DNA from: Acetobacteraceae bacterium
GTDB taxonomy: Bacteria; Pseudomonadota; Alphaproteobacteria; Acetobacterales; Acetobacteraceae
Reading direction: 5' to 3'
DNA: 56,877 nt
NCBI GenBank assembly: GCA_035503055.1
Contig: DATJTV010000072.1
Span: forward strand, 1 to 56,877
In this document: positions 53,333-56,877 of the stretch, in pieces
Layout of the letters: every line of letters starts with the position of its first letter
How positions within the stretch are numbered: the stretch's first letter is position 1
The notes under the pieces: model-generated
What the model saw: only the letters and a program-made list of their open reading frames with translations
Databases searched by the model: none
Told to the model about the DNA's origin: nothing
Program-made: the position numbers and the translations under genes

Positions 53333-55939
53333 ATGACGCTTGCCACGCTGCTCGCCCGCCTCGTCGATTGGAGCCGCAGGCACGCCGCTCTTGTCGTCGG
53401 CGCGGGGGTGATCCTTGCCGTGCTCGGGTGCCTCTATTCCGCCGCCAATCTCGGCATCATCACCGACACCGACCAGATGTTCCCGAGCAGCCTGCCCTGG
53501 CGGCAGCAACAGATCGCGCTCGAGCGCGCCTTTCCCCAGTTCAGCAATCTCCTCGTCGTCGTGCTCGATTCGCGCGTGCCGGAGGCGGCGCAAGCCACGG
53601 CCGCCGCGCTCGTCAAGGCGCTCGACCAAGATCCCGGGCATTTTCGCTCCGCGCGCGATCCCGAGGCGCTGCCCTTCTACAGCCGCGAGGGCCTGCTGTT
53701 CCTTTCCGAGCCCAAGCTCCGGACGCTGCTCGATAATCTGATCACCGCCCAGCCGCTGCTCGGCCAGCTCGTCGCCGACCCGACCGGGCGCGGGCTCTTC
53801 TCGGCCCTCTCGCTGATGGCGCTGGGGCTCGCCCATGGGGGCGTCGATCTCACGCCCTACGCGCCCGCCTTCGACGCCATCCACCAGACGATGCAAGCCG
53901 CGCTGGCCGGCCATCCGGAGCCGCTTTCCTGGCTCAACCTCCTCTCGGGGCCGGCGCTCGCGCAGGCGGGGACCAGCCGCATCGTGCTGGTGCAGCCGAA
54001 GCTCGACTACAGCAAGCTCGAGCCCGGAGGTGCGGCGACCGCGGTGCTGCGCAAGATCGCCGACGGGTTGCCCTTCGTGCAGCAGGGCCTCGTCCATGTC
54101 GGCATCACCGGGCAGATCGCGCTTTCGGACGACCAGTTCGCGAGCGTGCTGAAAGGCGCCGTGGTCGGCACGATCGCGACCCTCCTGCTCGTCACGTTCT
54201 GGCTCTTCCTCGCCGCCCGGAGCTGGCGGATCGTCGTGCCGATCGCGCTCACCCTCCTGCTCGGCCTCGTGCTCACCACCACCTTCGCCGCCGTCGCGAT
54301 CGGCACGCTCAACCTCGTCTCGGTCGCCTTCGCCATCCTCTTCGTCGGCATCGCGGTCGATTTCTCGATCCAGTTCAGCGTCCGCTTCCGCGAGATGCGC
54401 TTTCTCACGGGCCAGACGCCGGCCGCACTCGCCGCAACCGCCGCCGGCGCGGGCAGCCAGATCCTGGTGGCCTCGCTCGGCGCCGCGGCCGGCTTCCTCG
54501 CCTTCGTGCCGACCCAGTTCCGCGGCGTCGCCGAGCTCGGGCTGATCGCCGGCGTCGGCATGCTCATCGCGTTCGTCTGCACGATGACCTTCCTCCCCGC
54601 GGCACTCAGCCTCTTTCATCCGCACGGCGAGCGCGCCGAGATCGGCTTCGCCGCCTTGGCGCCGCTGGAGAAGGGGCTCGCCAGGCGCGCCCGCGCCGTG
54701 CTCGGCATCTTCGCAGCCCTTGCCGTGCTCGGCGTCGCGGTGCTGCCGCGCGTCGCCTTCGACGGCGACCCGCTCGATACCCGCAACCCCCACTCCGAGC
54801 CCGTGATCGTGCTCCGGCGGCTGATGAAGAACCCGGTCACCAACCCTTACAGCGCTCAGATCCTGGCGCCGAGCGTTGCCGCGGCGGGCCGGCTCGCCGC
54901 CGGGCTCCGCAAGTTGCCGGCGGTCGACACGGTGCTCTCGGTGCAGTCCTTCGTGCCCGCCGACCAGAACCGAAAGCTCGGGCTGATCGCGGACGCGGCC
55001 GATATCCTGGCGCCCACGCTCTCGGCCGAGGACCGGACGACGCCGGTGACCGTGGCCGAGCTGAGGCTCGCCCTCCGCACCGCGCTCAGCTCGTTCGCCG
55101 AGGCGCTGCCGAAGCTGCCGCCGGGCGCACCGCTCGGCGTGCTGGCCCAGGATCTGCGGGCGCTCGAATCCGCGCCCGACCCGGTGCTGATGGCGGCGAA
55201 CGAATCGCTCACGCGCTTCCTGCCCGATCAGCTCGCCCGGTTGCGCGCGGCCCTTTCGGCCGAGCCGGTGACGCTGGCCGACCTGCCGGCCGCGCTCGAG
55301 CGCGACTGGGTGCTGCCGGACGGGCGCGCGCTGGTCGAGGCCCTGGCCAAGCCGGGCGAACAGAGCAGCCAGGGGCTCGGCCGCTTCGTCGCCGCCGTCC
55401 GCACGCTCGCGCCCAACGCGGGCGGGCCGGCGGTCAACATCGTCGGCAGCGCCGATATCATCGTGGGCGCCTTCCGCACCGCGGCGATCAGCGCGCTGAT
55501 CGCCATCGCCGTGATCCTCGGCCTCGCGCTCCGCCGCCCGCGCGACGTCGCGCTGGTGATGGCCCCACTCCTGCTCTCCGGGCTTCTCACCGCGATCCTG
55601 ATCGTGCAGCTCCCGCTGCCCATCAACTTCGCGAACATCATCGCCCTGCCGCTGCTGCTCGGCGTCGGCGTCTCGTTCAACGTCTATTTCGTGATGAACT
55701 GGCGCACCGGCGGGCGGCAGTTCCTCACCTCGGCCACCGCGCGCGCGATCCTCTTCTCGGCGCTCACGACGGGCACCGCCTTCGGCTCGCTCGCGCTCTC
55801 GGCCGACCGCGGCACCGCCACCTTGGGCACGCTCCTGCTCCTCAGCCTTGGCGCCACGCTGCTCGCGACCTTCTTCTTCGTCCCGGCGCTGCTCGCCGCG
55901 GTCACGCCCGATCGGCCGGAAACGCGCTCTCCTCCCTGA
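53333..55939 (+). CDS. hpnN: MMPL/RND-superfamily transporter, hopanoid-associated HpnN-like
   Basis: 868 aa from ATG 53333. It has two 6-TM bundles with large periplasmic loops. The assignment is supported by the adjacent hpnK-like gene and was not checked by search. Confidence 0.65.
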   Translation: MTLATLLARLVDWSRRHAALVVGAGVILAVLGCLYSAANLGIITDTDQMFPSSLPWRQQQIALERAFPQFSNLLVVVLDSRVPEAAQATAAALVKALDQDPGHFRSARDPEALPFYSREGLLFLSEPKLRTLLDNLITAQPLLGQLVADPTGRGLFSALSLMALGLAHGGVDLTPYAPAFDAIHQTMQAALAGHPEPLSWLNLLSGPALAQAGTSRIVLVQPKLDYSKLEPGGAATAVLRKIADGLPFVQQGLVHVGITGQIALSDDQFASVLKGAVVGTIATLLLVTFWLFLAARSWRIVVPIALTLLLGLVLTTTFAAVAIGTLNLVSVAFAILFVGIAVDFSIQFSVRFREMRFLTGQTPAALAATAAGAGSQILVASLGAAAGFLAFVPTQFRGVAELGLIAGVGMLIAFVCTMTFLPAALSLFHPHGERAEIGFAALAPLEKGLARRARAVLGIFAALAVLGVAVLPRVAFDGDPLDTRNPHSEPVIVLRRLMKNPVTNPYSAQILAPSVAAAGRLAAGLRKLPAVDTVLSVQSFVPADQNRKLGLIADAADILAPTLSAEDRTTPVTVAELRLALRTALSSFAEALPKLPPGAPLGVLAQDLRALESAPDPVLMAANESLTRFLPDQLARLRAALSAEPVTLADLPAALERDWVLPDGRALVEALAKPGEQSSQGLGRFVAAVRTLAPNAGGPAVNIVGSADIIVGAFRTAAISALIAIAVILGLALRRPRDVALVMAPLLLSGLLTAILIVQLPLPINFANIIALPLLLGVGVSFNVYFVMNWRTGGRQFLTSATARAILFSALTTGTAFGSLALSADRGTATLGTLLLLSLGATLLATFFFVPALLAAVTPDRPETRSPP

Positions 55940-56825
55940 CGATCTCGGCCACCGCCTCGAGCGCCGTTCTCACCTCGGGGTCCAGCAGCGCCGCAAGCTC
56001 CGCCTCCTGGCGATAGCCGGGCATCAGGTCCCGCAAGGGCGGCTCCCGCCGTACCGCAGGATGGAAATAAAGCTCGGAAAGCCCCGCCGGCAGATGCGGC
56101 GCCAATGCCTTCACCCGCGCCGCATCCATCTGCCCGCTCCAGCGGAGGCCGAACACCGCGTCCGGCGCCCGCATCCCCGCCCGCCTCACTTGCCGCGCCA
56201 GCACCCCGCTCCACGACGCGAGCGCCCGCTCGCCCAGCCCTACCTGCTCGCCGCACGCCGCCAGCACCTCAGGCGGCTCCCGCGGCACCCGCACCCTCTC
56301 CAGCCCGAACTCGCGTCCGATCTCCACCATCATCCGCCCGACAACCGGATGCAGATGCATGTGCTTGTGCGCATCCGCATGATCGAGCCGAAGACCCGTC
56401 TCCACGAAGGCCGCGAACTGCGCCCTTATCTCGGCGGCCAACTGCCGCCAAAACACCAAATACCGAACCCCCAACCCCACCTGATCCGAGGAAAACCAGC
56501 CCCGCCCATCGACGAGACCGGGAATCCGCCACCGCGGCAACACCGCCTTCCCCTCGATCACCACGAGATGCAAACCAACCCGCAGGCCAGGCAAAGCCCG
56601 CGCCCGGCGCACGGCATCCAAGGCCGCCGGGCCGGCCACCATCAAACTCGCCGCCCCCAACACACCTTCCCGATGCGCCCGCTCAACCGCCTCGTTGACG
56701 CCCTCGGACAGCCCGAAATCATCGGCCGTCAGCAGGACGCGCCTGAGTAGAGCGGTGGGTGGTAAGGCCAAGGGGGCTCCGCCCCCCTGGACCCCCTGCC
56801 AGGGCCTGGAGGCCCTGGACCCCAT
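55902..56825 (-). CDS. hpnK: YdjC/ChbG-family deacetylase-like protein, hopanoid-associated HpnK-like
   Basis: [18 protein letters not shown]...G.L.AASLMV YdjC N-terminal motif and the [10 protein letters not shown] region. The start is uncertain (ATG 56825 or in-frame TTG 56771) because the first ~18 codons run through REP-like palindromes. Confidence 0.7.
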   Translation of the reverse strand: MGSRASRPWQGVQGGGAPLALPPTALLRRVLLTADDFGLSEGVNEAVERAHREGVLGAASLMVAGPAALDAVRRARALPGLRVGLHLVVIEGKAVLPRWRIPGLVDGRGWFSSDQVGLGVRYLVFWRQLAAEIRAQFAAFVETGLRLDHADAHKHMHLHPVVGRMMVEIGREFGLERVRVPREPPEVLAACGEQVGLGERALASWSGVLARQVRRAGMRAPDAVFGLRWSGQMDAARVKALAPHLPAGLSELYFHPAVRREPPLRDLMPGYRQEAELAALLDPEVRTALEAVAEIVREESAFPADRA

Positions 56826-56877
56826 CCGTTTGGTGGCGGCAGAGGGCGGTCCGCCTGCGAGCGGTTCGCTCGCAGGC
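56772..56877. repeat. REP-like cluster of GC-rich palindromes at the window edge
   Basis: CCAGGGCC-TGGA-GGCCCTGG at 56799-56818 and a perfect 11-bp stem GCCTGCGAGCG-GTT-CGCTCGCAGGC at 56853-56877. The GGGGCTCCGCCCCCCTGGACCCC-type sequence resembles dispersed GC-rich repeats. Confidence 0.5.

Overview
This is a very GC-rich, gene-dense bacterial window. The gene content looks alphaproteobacterial: Tat-signal solute-binding proteins and hpnN/hpnK-like hopanoid genes, but this is inference only. About half of the roughly 50 genes belong to seven ABC importers. Two are CUT2 ribose-type, three are CUT1 sugar-type, one is Pot/PhnSTUV-type and one is Dpp/Opp-type. Catabolic genes are interleaved with them. 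One locus has a SorC regulator, FGGY kinase, 2-hydroxyacid dehydrogenase, class II aldolase and GlpD-like dehydrogenase. Other genes are an aldo/keto reductase, a PhnW-like aminotransferase and two tandem enolase-superfamily enzymes. The rest are an RraA-like aldolase, MocA/IolG-like and IolE-like genes, and two GntR regulators. This ~50-kb accessory block has mobile-DNA scars at both ends. The left edge carries an IS110 transposase tail followed by a tandem 62-bp repeat. The right edge carries a degraded IS1380 transposase followed by an inverted copy of the same 62-bp repeat. The right edge also holds a visibly more AT-rich islet with two secreted-protein genes. Next to that islet is a perfect consensus parS palindrome, TGTTTCACGTGAAACA. 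The last ~6 kb look like core genome: an M20 amidohydrolase, argG, an hpnN-like RND transporter and hpnK-like. I found no CRISPR array, rRNA, tRNA, or recognisable defence or toxin system. The observations I rate highest are the orphan parS site, the IS/repeat-bracketed block and a two-ATPase importer with one catalytically degenerate NBD. Two more are a ribose-type ATPase with a ~135-aa extra C-terminal domain, and an orphan phnW with a PhnSTUV-ordered transporter but no C-P cleavage gene. Many long ORFs in the six-frame track are antisense or off-frame artefacts of the high GC content. Several start codons were moved inward to ATG/GTG codons that have RBS or ATGA/GTGA coupling.
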